Positions 17,866 to 27,811 of a stretch of DNA of 64,000 nt are shown here, piece after piece. The stretch lies in NCBI GenBank assembly GCA_015233145.1, contig JADFYI010000003.1, forward strand, positions 39,421 through 103,420, read 5' to 3'. The translations under genes and the position numbers were made by a program. The notes under the pieces were generated by a model. It did not search any database. It saw only the letters and a program-made list of their open reading frames with translations, and had not been told where the DNA came from. The stretch is from Candidatus Omnitrophota bacterium. Its GTDB lineage: Bacteria > Omnitrophota > Gorgyraeia > Zapsychrales > Fredricksoniimonadaceae. Each line of letters begins with the position of its first letter. The first letter of the stretch is position 1.

Positions 17866-19500
17866 ATGGTTGTCATGGATAATAGTTATGTTCAGGTTGA
17901 AAAAGAGATCGAGCCTAAAGATTTTTTAAGGGTTTTCTTTAGCAAGCTTCCGATTCTTTGTGTTGTCATTGTGGTTGCTTTGGTGGGAACGTATGTTGCC
18001 CTCAAATTTGTGACCCCGCTTTACGAAGCACAGGTGAAGATGCTTATCGCGGCCCAAAGGGAGATAGAGTCCCCCTATTATAAGGAAAATCCTTTTAATC
18101 GCGGCGCAGATATTGTTATGACGCAAAGCGAGGTTGTTAAAAGCAAGGCCGTGATTGAAAGGACGGTCGCGGCTTTAAAACTCGATGAGCGCATGCCGCA
18201 TTTAAAACAGTATAATTCTTCTTTAAAGAATGTTTTTTTGAATTCTGCGAAACTGGTCTCTTCAACTGTCAGTGACGTAAAGAATTTTGTTCGGGAGAAG
18301 ATATTAAGGCTTCCAGCGAAGAAAGAAGAAGCCTCCAATTTCCAGAAGGCTGTTGATTTCTTAAGGAGGAACATTAAGGTCAAAAGGATCATTGAAACCG
18401 ATGTGTTTACATTGCAGGTGTCTGATTACGACCCGGCCATGGCGCAAAAGATTGCAAACACCTTGAGCCGTTCGTATATTCTTTTCAGCCTTGAGCAGCA
18501 GATGGTGGAAGCCAAGATGCAGTTTGGAGATAAGCATCCGATGGTTCGCCAGCTTGAGGATAATATCAGCCAGATGCAGCAGACGCTGTCCAAAGACCTT
18601 ACAGATGTGGAAGCTATTGGCCCTGCCAGCGTAAAAGTCATAGAACAGGCTGAAAAGCCAGAGCATCCCGCTTCTCCTAAAAAGGGGCTTATTTATGGTT
18701 TGGCCTTGATTATGAGCGTACTTTGCGGAGTTTTTCTGATTGTTTTTTATGCGTATTTTGACCAGACTTTTCAGTCGCCCAAAGACCTGGAAGATTACCT
18801 TAACGTGCCGCTTTTAGGGTCTTTGCCTTTTGTGAAGAAAGATGCAGAAAATTTTTCCAAAGGCGGGGAGATGCAAGATAAGCTTTTGGGAAAAATGTTG
18901 AGGATCCTTTCTGACCAGTTTTATCTTTTGATTCATGATAAAAAGATCAAAACAGTGCTCGTGACAAGTGTGGATCCCGGGGAGGGCGTCAGTTCTGTTG
19001 TTTTGAATCTTGGGAAAATGGTATCCAAAGGTTATGGATATAAGACTTTGATCGTGGATTGCAATATGCGCACCTGTGAAAGCCCGAATCTCTACGGCAA
19101 CAAGGACTCCCTTGGGCTTGCGGAGTTTTTGCAGAAAGGCACCCCGCTGGACAAGGCAATTATCAAAGCAGAAGAGAATCTGTATTTCCTGCCGTCTGGC
19201 CAGACCCAGCTTAATCCGCTTCTTCTTTTCAAATCATCCAAGATGGCGGAAGCTGTGGAAGGGTTAAAAGGAAAGTTTGATCTGGTATTGTTTGATGCTC
19301 CTTTTTTAAAGGAATATCAGGATTCTTATGTGGTTGTAAAACATACTGATGCTCTTGTTATCGTCATTGATGCCCAAAGCTCCAAGCGGCAGGTTGCCAA
19401 GGCTTTTATAGACATGTTCGATGACAAGGCCAAGATTATCGGGGCTGTTTTGAACAAGCGGCAGTATTCCATACCAGAGACGGTTTATAAGCGTATTTAA
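17866..19500 (+). CDS. polysaccharide co-polymerase (Wzz/Wzc-like chain-length determinant) fused to a P-loop ATPase (CpsD/CapB/BY-kinase-like) domain
   Basis: N-terminal TM plus Wzz-like periplasmic region (LYEAQVKMLI...), a second TM (LIYGLALIMSVLCGVFLIVFYAYF), then a C-terminal nucleotide-binding domain (VLVTSVDPGEGVSSVVLNLG...LIVDCNMR...LVLFDAPF). No C-terminal Tyr cluster is seen. Confidence 0.7.
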   Translation: MVVMDNSYVQVEKEIEPKDFLRVFFSKLPILCVVIVVALVGTYVALKFVTPLYEAQVKMLIAAQREIESPYYKENPFNRGADIVMTQSEVVKSKAVIERTVAALKLDERMPHLKQYNSSLKNVFLNSAKLVSSTVSDVKNFVREKILRLPAKKEEASNFQKAVDFLRRNIKVKRIIETDVFTLQVSDYDPAMAQKIANTLSRSYILFSLEQQMVEAKMQFGDKHPMVRQLEDNISQMQQTLSKDLTDVEAIGPASVKVIEQAEKPEHPASPKKGLIYGLALIMSVLCGVFLIVFYAYFDQTFQSPKDLEDYLNVPLLGSLPFVKKDAENFSKGGEMQDKLLGKMLRILSDQFYLLIHDKKIKTVLVTSVDPGEGVSSVVLNLGKMVSKGYGYKTLIVDCNMRTCESPNLYGNKDSLGLAEFLQKGTPLDKAIIKAEENLYFLPSGQTQLNPLLLFKSSKMAEAVEGLKGKFDLVLFDAPFLKEYQDSYVVVKHTDALVIVIDAQSSKRQVAKAFIDMFDDKAKIIGAVLNKRQYSIPETVYKRI

Positions 19501-19513
19501 TATTGGGGAAATT

Positions 19514-21028
19514 ATGCCAACCGCTCATTTTTTTAAAAGCAGCGGGATGAACTCTGCGGTATTGATAGGGATTGCGATTGCTCTCTTTGTTGCTCCTTTA
19601 TCGCAGCTTCCTCTGATCTGGATCGCCCTGATTTTCTTGATTATTCCTGTCGCCATTGTGGCTGTTTTATCAAAAGATCTAAGGATGTTCTGCTTTTATC
19701 TTTTTATTCTTTTCCTTCCGATTGCCTTTGAAAAAGTTCTTTTTTCACCCAACAAAGATTCCATATATCCTATACCTGTCTTGGTGATGTGTTTATCCGA
19801 TATCCCGTTAGCGGGGTATGTTTTTCTCACAATCCTCAAACTGCCCAAAATACGAATCCAGCTAAAGGGAGATATTGCCTTGTTGATACTTCTTTTTTTG
19901 GCTTGGCTGGGATGGAGTTTGTTGGCCATACCGAAGACTATGGAGGTGGAGCAGGGCGGGTTATGGTCTTTTATTTTTATGTTCATTTATTTGTTAAAAG
20001 GATTAATTTTGTTTGTCTGCCTTTCTCTCATTCCTTTAAATCAAAAAGAATTAAAGAATGTTGTCAATTTGCTTCTGATCGGGGCGGCCATACAGAGCGG
20101 AACCCTTTTGCTGCAACATTTTACAAAGTCCTATATTGGAATTATGGGTATAACACCACAAAATCTGGATTTTTCAACATTTAACTTCGAGCGTTATTTT
20201 AGGGCTTCTGGACTCTTTGGACATGCGAATGTCGCCGGGCAGTATTTTGCTTTTCTTATACCTTTGATTTTTTGTGTTTTCTTAAATAGTCGCCGTGGCT
20301 TCCCCCTGGTTTTGAGCGGGTTTGTGTTTTTATTGTCTTCGTTGGCTTTAGTTTTGACATTTTCCCGTGGAGCATGGATAGCAACATTTTTGGCGCTCGC
20401 GTTGTGTTTGATGGTTACGCTCAGACATGCGCTCACAAGAGATAAGGTTATTAAAATATTTTTTATTTTATCTATCGGGTGTGTTATTTTTCTTTCTTAT
20501 TTAGGCCCCATTTCGGACAGGCTGCTTCTGGGGGATGAAGGGGCTTCCGGTTCCAGAATCCGCCTGGCAAAAGGCGCTGTGCAAGTTATCGCAGATCACC
20601 CGTTGGTGGGAGTTGGTTTAAATAATTTTCAGGAAATAGTCGGGCAGTACGGGGTGCGTGAAGCATCAGCCGGATTTTTCAAGAACGGTGTCCTTTATCT
20701 TGCCCGGAACCTTTCTGTTCATAATCGTTTTTTATTAACAGCCGCAGAAACAGGGATGGTCGGGTTTGCTTTCTTTCTTTCTTTCTTATTAATAGTTTTG
20801 ATATCAGGCTTTAAATATATAACCCGTTATAAATCAGAGAATTCATTAGTGTCTTTTGGGCTTTATGCGGCTTTTGTCGGCAGCCTTTTTTATATGCAGG
20901 TGGAGATTTTTAATGATACCAACATTTTGACCTTGTTTATGCTGGTTGTGGGGTTGTTGTTTAATTGCCGCGCCCTGGCCGAGAGGCAGATAATGGAAAA
21001 GGGATATGGGGCAATCAAAAATATTTAA
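19514..21028 (+). CDS. O-antigen ligase / Wzy-type polymerase family membrane protein
   Basis: About 10–12 predicted TM helices with a large periplasmic loop. The Wzy_C-like segment reads SRGAWIATFLALALCLMV. The gene sits between the co-polymerase and the flippase. Confidence 0.6.
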   Translation: MPTAHFFKSSGMNSAVLIGIAIALFVAPLSQLPLIWIALIFLIIPVAIVAVLSKDLRMFCFYLFILFLPIAFEKVLFSPNKDSIYPIPVLVMCLSDIPLAGYVFLTILKLPKIRIQLKGDIALLILLFLAWLGWSLLAIPKTMEVEQGGLWSFIFMFIYLLKGLILFVCLSLIPLNQKELKNVVNLLLIGAAIQSGTLLLQHFTKSYIGIMGITPQNLDFSTFNFERYFRASGLFGHANVAGQYFAFLIPLIFCVFLNSRRGFPLVLSGFVFLLSSLALVLTFSRGAWIATFLALALCLMVTLRHALTRDKVIKIFFILSIGCVIFLSYLGPISDRLLLGDEGASGSRIRLAKGAVQVIADHPLVGVGLNNFQEIVGQYGVREASAGFFKNGVLYLARNLSVHNRFLLTAAETGMVGFAFFLSFLLIVLISGFKYITRYKSENSLVSFGLYAAFVGSLFYMQVEIFNDTNILTLFMLVVGLLFNCRALAERQIMEKGYGAIKNI

Positions 21029-22454
21029 AAATACGGCGTTTTTATTTATCGTCAGAATTTTATCGTCCTGCTTTTCATTCCTACTGGTTCTTTTTATTGC
21101 CAGAAAAATGGGGCCCGGGCTGTTAGGGCAATTCGCCCTGGTTTTTGCGTATTTTATTATTTTTACGGAATTTCCTTTGCTGGGATTAAATCTTTTTATT
21201 TCCAGGGAAGTTGCCAAAAAAAATGAGGATTTAAGGGCTTTTTTCTTTATTGGCAATTTTTTAAGTTTTCTTTCTTTGATTCCGTTAATCGCCATTTTAA
21301 TTGCGATCATGTTTTTTGGACAGTATCCCCATGATGTGGTTTGGGGAATTTTTTGGATTATTTTTGCCTTGTTTCCCAGCGCTTTTATCGCCATGGCCCA
21401 GACCCTTTTTATTGCCTTTGAGAAAATTGACCAGTTGTCTCTGGCTATTGCGCTGGAAAATTTGATCCGGACCGTAGGGGCAGTAATAATTCTTTTTAAT
21501 AAGGGAAATATTGTTGATGTCTTCCTTTTCTTTTTTATATGCCGCCTCATGGCGATGGGGATCAATATTATTTTATTGAAAAAGAATAAGATGATTCCGA
21601 ATTCTTTTGTTTGGGACAAGGGAGTTTTTCTTTTTACATTAAAACATTGGCCTGTCTTTTTGGGGATTTATATTTTGGCCCTTGTTTCGAGTAAGATAGA
21701 TTTCTTTCTTTTGTCAAAACTGGGGACTATAGAGGATCTCGGGTTTTATTCAGCGTCGTATAAGTTTTTAGATGTTCTTTTGATGGCGCCGACAGCCTTT
21801 ATTTATTCACTGTTTCCTTTTCTTTCCAAAAACGGAATGACCAGGGATGTGGGCGAGATGGTCTCTGCGTTTTTAAGGTTTTTTTCATTGTTTGCCATTT
21901 TAGTTGTGGCGTTCTTTTTCTTTGGGGCGAAAGATATTCTTGCAATGGCCTTCGGCCATCAATTTAGCGGTGCCGCACTTGTTTTTGGTATTTTGATATG
22001 GAATTTTTTTATTGTTGGCTGTGACCAGATTATGGGAACGGTGCTTCTCTCTCAAAATCGCCAGTTGGCTGACTTAAAGATGCTTACGGCTTTCTTTGTG
22101 GTCTATATTATTGGGCTTTTTGTTTTAATTCCCCAATTCCATTATGTGGGGGCAGGTGTCGCCACTGTCAGCAGTTCCGCGTTTCTTTTGGGATTAAGAT
22201 TTTTATACCTTCGCCGGGCCGGCTTTAATATTCGTTTGGACGGCTTTTGGAAAAATGCGGGGCTTGCTTTGGTATTGTTTGTCAGTTTTTATGTATTAAA
22301 GCAATTATTGATATTGCCGTTCTTTTTGGCCTGGGTTCTTTTTGCCACATTTTATTTATTGGGGGTGTCTTTCTTGGGAATTTTTACATTGAAAGAAAAA
22401 GAATCATTTTTTTATTTTGTGAGGCAAAAGTTGCCCTTTATAAGAGCCGCATGA
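21006..22454 (+). CDS. Wzx-type oligosaccharide flippase (MOP/polysaccharide biosynthesis protein family)
   Basis: MGQSKIFKNTAFLFIVRILSSCFSFLLVLFIARKMGPGLLGQFALVFAYF is the characteristic N-terminus of Wzx/RfbX. The protein is 482 aa with about 12–14 TM helices. Confidence 0.7.
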   Translation: MGQSKIFKNTAFLFIVRILSSCFSFLLVLFIARKMGPGLLGQFALVFAYFIIFTEFPLLGLNLFISREVAKKNEDLRAFFFIGNFLSFLSLIPLIAILIAIMFFGQYPHDVVWGIFWIIFALFPSAFIAMAQTLFIAFEKIDQLSLAIALENLIRTVGAVIILFNKGNIVDVFLFFFICRLMAMGINIILLKKNKMIPNSFVWDKGVFLFTLKHWPVFLGIYILALVSSKIDFFLLSKLGTIEDLGFYSASYKFLDVLLMAPTAFIYSLFPFLSKNGMTRDVGEMVSAFLRFFSLFAILVVAFFFFGAKDILAMAFGHQFSGAALVFGILIWNFFIVGCDQIMGTVLLSQNRQLADLKMLTAFFVVYIIGLFVLIPQFHYVGAGVATVSSSAFLLGLRFLYLRRAGFNIRLDGFWKNAGLALVLFVSFYVLKQLLILPFFLAWVLFATFYLLGVSFLGIFTLKEKESFFYFVRQKLPFIRAA

Positions 22455-23560
22455 AGATATTACATTTAGATACAGATGATATTGATAATCCGTTGAGCGG
22501 CGGCGGATCATTAAGGAATTATGAAGTTTATCGCAGGCTTTCATCCAGGCACGACATTACCGTATTAACGGCGAGTTATCCTGGAAGCAGGCCTGAAGTT
22601 GTTCGTGACAAGGTTCGTTATATAAGGCTGGGCCGGGGGGGTGAGCGGTTTGGCTTGTCGTATCATTTAAGTTATTTATCCTGCTTGCCGTGGGCTATTA
22701 AAAAGATTCCGCATGACCTGTTGGTTGAGGATTTTATGCCGCCATGCGGCGGGGTAGGCTCTTTCTTGTGGACAAAAAAACCGGTGATTGCAAGTATCCA
22801 ATGGCTTTTTGCCAAAGCCTGGTCTGAAAAGTATAGGCTTCCGTTTCATGTTTTAGAAAGGCTGGCGCTTCGAAAATATAACAAATTCCTCGTCACTTCC
22901 CCTTATTTTAAAGAAGAGATTAGAAAGGTAAACAGTAGCGCCAGGGTAGAGGTTGTGCCATTAGGAATAGATGAGAAGTTTCTTTCTGCTCCTGTTGAGG
23001 AAGGCGAGTATGTTCTTTTCATGGGGAGGCTGGACATCGAGCAGAAGGGACTGGATATTCTTATAAGAAGTTATGACGAGAGCCGAAATAACCACCCGTA
23101 TAAGCTTGTTATTGTCGGGGATGGATTTGACAGGAATCGCCTCAAAAAGATGGTTGTTGCCAGGGGGTTGGGGTCCCGTGTGGAATTTGTTGGGAAAATA
23201 ACAAGTTTTGAAGACAAATGCCGCTGGTATTCCAAGGCCAGGATTGTGTGTATGCCGTCCAGATTTGAGACGTTTGGCCTGGTGGCATTGGAGGCATTTG
23301 CTTTTGGGAAACCCGTCCTTTCTTTTGATATTCCTGCTCTTAATGAGCTTGTGACATCACAGAGAGGCGAGGTTGTCTCTGCCTTTGATGAAAAGAATTA
23401 TGCAGAAAAAATGAGCTCGATGTTGATTGATTCAGAGTCTTTAATAGAGAAAGGCCGGGCATGCCGGGCGTTTGCCAGTCATTCGACCTGGGATGAGGCG
23501 GCAGTGAGGCAGGAAAGCTTTTTTGAGGAGTGTAGAAAGAGAGGCCAAAATGACATTTAA
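22451..23560 (+). CDS. glycosyltransferase family 4 (GT1-fold, 'glycosyl transferases group 1')
   Basis: MKILHLDTD...GG and a C-terminal EXFG motif region (RFETFGLVALEAFAFGKPVLSFDIPALNELV). The start was set at ATG 22451; the six-frame start at 22247 is a TTG extension. Confidence 0.75.
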   Translation: MKILHLDTDDIDNPLSGGGSLRNYEVYRRLSSRHDITVLTASYPGSRPEVVRDKVRYIRLGRGGERFGLSYHLSYLSCLPWAIKKIPHDLLVEDFMPPCGGVGSFLWTKKPVIASIQWLFAKAWSEKYRLPFHVLERLALRKYNKFLVTSPYFKEEIRKVNSSARVEVVPLGIDEKFLSAPVEEGEYVLFMGRLDIEQKGLDILIRSYDESRNNHPYKLVIVGDGFDRNRLKKMVVARGLGSRVEFVGKITSFEDKCRWYSKARIVCMPSRFETFGLVALEAFAFGKPVLSFDIPALNELVTSQRGEVVSAFDEKNYAEKMSSMLIDSESLIEKGRACRAFASHSTWDEAAVRQESFFEECRKRGQNDI

Positions 23561-24143
23561 AAGATTAATGTTTTTAATTAAAAGTGATGTTGTGCGTTTT
23601 GCTGAAGTGCATCGGGAACGATTAACCATGCGTAAGGCGATCAGCATATTCTTGTTGCCGTGTTTGCAGGCAATCTTTTTGTATCGTCTGTCTCACTACT
23701 GCCTGGTTAATAAAATAATATTTTTTCCGCGATTTTTTTATACGCTGAATATTATGATTTATTCTACTGAAATATTCCCAACAACAGAAATAGGACCTTA
23801 TTTTTACATGCCTCATCCGGTGGCTGTGGTTATTTATGGAAAGATGGGGGAACGGTGCACAGTGTATGCCCAGGCCGGCCTTGGCGGCAGGAATATGGAT
23901 GGCGATGATTATGCCAGCGGGTGGCAGCCCGGGTTTCCTTGCGTTGGTGATAATGTAACGATAAGTGCAAGATCGTTTATCATTGGTGCTGTCACGGTTG
24001 GGTCTGGAAGCTTTATTGGCGTTGGCTCTATTGTTACAAAAGATATTCCGGAAAATTCTTTGGCTCTTGGCGTTCCTGCGAGGGTAAGAAGTTTGAAGAA
24101 ACCCTCAGAAGATGCTTCTGGTGAAAGTAATAAAGATGCCTAG
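23550..24143 (+). CDS. hexapeptide-repeat acyltransferase (serine O-acetyltransferase/WbbJ-like), probably a polysaccharide O-acetyltransferase
   Basis: Left-handed beta-helix hexapeptide repeats: IGPYFYMPHPVAVVIYGKMGERCTVYAQAGLGG...VGDNVTISARSFIIGAVTVGSGSFIGVGSIV. Confidence 0.65.
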   Translation: MTFKRLMFLIKSDVVRFAEVHRERLTMRKAISIFLLPCLQAIFLYRLSHYCLVNKIIFFPRFFYTLNIMIYSTEIFPTTEIGPYFYMPHPVAVVIYGKMGERCTVYAQAGLGGRNMDGDDYASGWQPGFPCVGDNVTISARSFIIGAVTVGSGSFIGVGSIVTKDIPENSLALGVPARVRSLKKPSEDASGESNKDA

Positions 24144-25092
24144 TGTTTTAAAAATTTCATTCATTGTGGTGAATTGGAATACAAAAGATCTTACCCAGGG
24201 GTGCCTGGAATCTCTTTATGCCTCGCTTCCAGAAGATCAATTTGAAATTATTTTGATCGACAATGCTTCAGGTGACGGGAGTGTTGAGTATTTGCGTTCG
24301 CAATTCCCCCGGGTTCGGATCATCGCTAATAGTGAAAATCTTGGGTTTTCCAGGGCGAATAATCAAGGGCTGGCTGTTGCTAAGGGAGAGTATGCGGTTT
24401 TGGTTAATTCTGATGTTGTTGTTAATCCTCTGGCTGTTAAAGAGGTTGTTCATTTTTTGGAATCGCATGACGACGTTGGGGTTGCAGGATGCAACTTGAT
24501 GGGAGGTTATACCCATAAGATTCAGGAGTATTCTTTCGGGTATTTTGTAAGCCTTGGGAGAGTTTTTAACCAGTTTTTCGGACTATTTCGTTTATCAAAA
24601 AATATCCCTTTTTTGAAGGGAATTACGTCCTGTCCTGTGGAGAAGGGGGAGCCTTTTTCCGTGGACTGGATATCAGGGGCATTTTTGGCTGTCAGGATGT
24701 CAGTTTACAGGCAAATTGGCGGTCTTAATGAGCAGTATTTTTTCTATGTCGAAGATATGGAATGGTGTTTTCGAATCAGTCAAGCGGGGTGGAAAATATT
24801 TTTTATCCCTGAGGTCCAGGTGATTCATTTTTATGGCGCAAGCCAGAAAACACGCGAACAAAGAGTCGTCATGGTAGAGCACTGGTACAGGAACATGCGT
24901 TCTTGTTTTTCGCAATATCACAATCGCCTGGGAGTGTTTATTTTTGATGTTCTGGTCATTGCAGGCTTTTCCAGCCGGTATATTGTTGCCCGGCTCAAGA
25001 AGATGGTTAAGGGGGAAGATCCCAAGTTTGAGGCACCGTGTAATGGGGCTATTGTAAAATTGGCATTCAAATCTTTTTTAAGGAAAGAATGA
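24136..25092 (+). CDS. glycosyltransferase family 2
   Basis: ISFIVVNWNTKDLTQGCLESL...FEIILIDNASGDGS plus DxD-like motifs; typical GT2 N-terminus. Confidence 0.75.
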   Translation: MPSVLKISFIVVNWNTKDLTQGCLESLYASLPEDQFEIILIDNASGDGSVEYLRSQFPRVRIIANSENLGFSRANNQGLAVAKGEYAVLVNSDVVVNPLAVKEVVHFLESHDDVGVAGCNLMGGYTHKIQEYSFGYFVSLGRVFNQFFGLFRLSKNIPFLKGITSCPVEKGEPFSVDWISGAFLAVRMSVYRQIGGLNEQYFFYVEDMEWCFRISQAGWKIFFIPEVQVIHFYGASQKTREQRVVMVEHWYRNMRSCFSQYHNRLGVFIFDVLVIAGFSSRYIVARLKKMVKGEDPKFEAPCNGAIVKLAFKSFLRKE

Positions 25093-26213
25093 GAATTGGA
25101 ATTGATGCGCATATTTTAGGTAAGGGTAAGGGTGGGGTGGAGGTGTACCTCAAGAGTGTTCTTAAGAAGCTGCCATCCCTGGATGCTCGAAATGATTACA
25201 GTGTTTATCTTAATAATGGGGTTGCGCCTCAAAGTTTAGGCATTCAGAATAAAAATTTTTGTTTAAAGGGGCTGATGTTTTCTTCTCCATGGCTCAGGCG
25301 TTCCATGTCTTTGCCCCTTGCGGCAATGCGGGATAAGCTAGATGTGCTGCATGTCCAAAGGGTTTTGCCGTTGTTTTTTCCGGCAGAGAAAAGTGTTGTC
25401 AGCATTTATGATATCGCCCAGGAAATTCACCCCGAGTTTTTTGATGCAAAAGACAGTTTGATTGTCCGTCAGCTCATCAAATCAAGCGCGGAAAGGGCCA
25501 GGAGGATCATTACGTGTTCGTACACGAGCAAGGCGGATATGGTGGCTTATTATCATATCCCGCCTGAAAGAATTATTGTGGCTTATCCTGCGGTTGAAAA
25601 TTTTGATGAGCCGCAGGGCAATGATGATGAGGCGGGAATTTTTCTTAAAGAAAAGAATATCCGCGGGCCGTTTCTTCTTTTTGTCGGTGCTGTAGAGCCG
25701 AGAAAGAATCTTCACGGCGTTATTGATATTATGAACAGTCTGAAAAAAAGGAGTCTTTTTTCTGGCCAGGTTGTGATTTTAGGCGGCTTTAGGGAAGGCA
25801 TTAAGAAAGATTATTATCCGATGCTGAAGACGAAAGTCAAAGATTTGGGGCTTGAGGATGATGTTGTTTTTTTAGGATACGAGCCTGAGTCGGTTAAGAA
25901 AATGCTGATGAAAAAAGCCGTGGCGCTTCTTTATCCTTCTTTTTATGAAGGATTCGGCATTCCTATTTTGGAGGCTATGGCAGCGGGAATTCCGGTTGTG
26001 GTTTCGAGAATCCCTGTATTTTCTGAAATTGTTTTGGAATCCGGATTGTATGCTGACCCGCATGACTGCGAGGATTTTGCCAATCAGGTTGACCGGCTTT
26101 TACGGGATAAAAGTCTTTTTGCTCATCTGGTTGAGAAGGGCAAAGAACGGGTTCAGCAATTTCATTGGGTTGAGGCAGCGAAAAAGCATCTGCAGGCTTA
26201 CGAAGCATGTTAG
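25089..26213 (+). CDS. glycosyltransferase family 4
   Basis: MRIGIDAHILGKGKGG...; C-terminal YPSFYEGFGIPILEAMAAGIPVVVSRIPVFSEIV (E-x7-E motif region). Confidence 0.75.
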   Translation: MRIGIDAHILGKGKGGVEVYLKSVLKKLPSLDARNDYSVYLNNGVAPQSLGIQNKNFCLKGLMFSSPWLRRSMSLPLAAMRDKLDVLHVQRVLPLFFPAEKSVVSIYDIAQEIHPEFFDAKDSLIVRQLIKSSAERARRIITCSYTSKADMVAYYHIPPERIIVAYPAVENFDEPQGNDDEAGIFLKEKNIRGPFLLFVGAVEPRKNLHGVIDIMNSLKKRSLFSGQVVILGGFREGIKKDYYPMLKTKVKDLGLEDDVVFLGYEPESVKKMLMKKAVALLYPSFYEGFGIPILEAMAAGIPVVVSRIPVFSEIVLESGLYADPHDCEDFANQVDRLLRDKSLFAHLVEKGKERVQQFHWVEAAKKHLQAYEAC

Positions 26214-26296
26214 TATAGTAGGCATTAAAGACATATTTGTTCATTTGTTTTTATAAAGGTTGCGCGTTTTGGAAGTGATGAAACAAGGGGGGGAGT

Positions 26297-27811
26297 ATGA
26301 AGATAAAATTTTTGTTATTCGTAGGGTTTTTCTTTTTGTTGACAGCCTTGGCGTTTGCCCAGCAAAGCACTGCACCGTATGCGATCAATGTTAATATCGG
26401 AACAACAGTAAAAAAGATTGATAAGAACATCTTGGGGTTAAATATTGAATGGATTGAGGACGGTAATTTTTTGTGGGATAAAACCCAAAATGTACCGACC
26501 GCGGCTTCATGGGGTGATGTTCAGGGTCTTGCTCCTTCTGTCATAAGGTTTCCCGGGGGAACATTTTCAGATTTTTATCATTGGAAAGATGGCGTTGGCC
26601 CCGTAGCCGCAAGGCCGAACAGGCAGCCGTCATCTGCCGATGGCCGTGTCTTTGATAATGCTTTTGGTACGGATGAATTTCTTACCTTTACGTCCAAATT
26701 GGGAGCAGAGCCGTTTATCACTGTGAATGTGGGGTCCGCAACGAGCGCGGAAGCTGCTGATTGGGTTCGTTATTGCAATGTGACCGGCCAGATCAAGAAA
26801 GTCAAATATTGGGAGTTAGGCAATGAGTTGTATCTTAATGGGGATCCGGCAAGCAGTGCAGTGACTGAGACTCCGGCGGTATATGCGGCCAAGGTTGTTG
26901 AATTTGCCAAGGCCATGAAAAATATTGATCCTGCGATCAAATTGGCTGCCATTGGAGGAACCAATACCGGTCTTTACAACATGATGCAGTATTCTGCCTG
27001 GGATCAAACTGTTTTACAAAAAGCGGCTCCTTATATTGATTATCTTGCCGTGCATAATTCTTACTATCCGATAGTCACAGACTCAAATACTTATACAAAA
27101 GCTGAACTTTATCCTGCGCTTTTTGGCGCAGATTCCTTAATTCAGGATAATTTAAAGAAATTAGCGTCGGAAATTAGTACGTTTGCTCCGGCCTATAGAA
27201 CCAAGATTAAGATAGCGGTTACGGAGTGGAGTTCGTTGTTTGGCTGGGCGCCAGATGGCCCCTATACTGAGGAAACCCGAACTCTGGGGTCAGCGATTTA
27301 TATGGCGTTGATGTTAAAGACATATATTTCTAATGACAATGTCGGGATGGTTCACTTTTTTAAACTTTCCGGGTCTGACTTTATGTCTCTTGTGCAAGCC
27401 GGGAAGAAGTGTCCTTCCTACTATGCTTTCCAGTTTTTTAGCAAGGATTTTGGAACAGACCTTTTAACAACTACGACGAGCTGTCCTAAATATAACACCT
27501 CGAAGCGTATCGGGGTCATTGCTCCTTTGACGGGGGTGCCTTCTCTTGAGGCGATCTCTTCCAAAGATTCGAGCGGCAATGTTTATGTTATTGCCATCAA
27601 TAAAGATACGGTTAGTGCGCATACGTGCACGATAACATTCAGTGGTAATTCATTAACAAAGTTTAGCGGAACAATGTCGCTTTTAAGCGCGGATGATGTG
27701 ACGTCTAAAGACGCCGTGTTGCAGAACTCAATGGTTTCCGGGACAGGGAAGATCGTCGTTGTGCTTCCCAAAAACTCAATTGCTAAATTCAAGCTGCAGA
27801 TAGTGAAATGA
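26297..27811 (+). CDS. secreted glycoside hydrolase (clan GH-A-like TIM-barrel hydrolase; PslG/arabinofuranosidase-like) embedded in the polysaccharide locus
   Basis: Signal peptide (MKIKFLLFVGFFFLLTALAFAQQ). FPGGTFSDFYHW...; KYWELGNELYLNG carries the NE acid/base motif typical of clan GH-A enzymes; a later ...AVTEWS could be the nucleophile E. Confidence 0.5.
   Translation: MKIKFLLFVGFFFLLTALAFAQQSTAPYAINVNIGTTVKKIDKNILGLNIEWIEDGNFLWDKTQNVPTAASWGDVQGLAPSVIRFPGGTFSDFYHWKDGVGPVAARPNRQPSSADGRVFDNAFGTDEFLTFTSKLGAEPFITVNVGSATSAEAADWVRYCNVTGQIKKVKYWELGNELYLNGDPASSAVTETPAVYAAKVVEFAKAMKNIDPAIKLAAIGGTNTGLYNMMQYSAWDQTVLQKAAPYIDYLAVHNSYYPIVTDSNTYTKAELYPALFGADSLIQDNLKKLASEISTFAPAYRTKIKIAVTEWSSLFGWAPDGPYTEETRTLGSAIYMALMLKTYISNDNVGMVHFFKLSGSDFMSLVQAGKKCPSYYAFQFFSKDFGTDLLTTTTSCPKYNTSKRIGVIAPLTGVPSLEAISSKDSSGNVYVIAINKDTVSAHTCTITFSGNSLTKFSGTMSLLSADDVTSKDAVLQNSMVSGTGKIVVVLPKNSIAKFKLQIVK

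Noticed and set aside
20846-21619. 257 aa minus-strand ORF (Lys/Ile/Phe-rich) overlapping the wzy and wzx genes
   Set aside because: It is antisense to two strongly supported membrane-protein genes. Its low-complexity composition mirrors the AT-rich codons of the TM helices. It is a shadow ORF.
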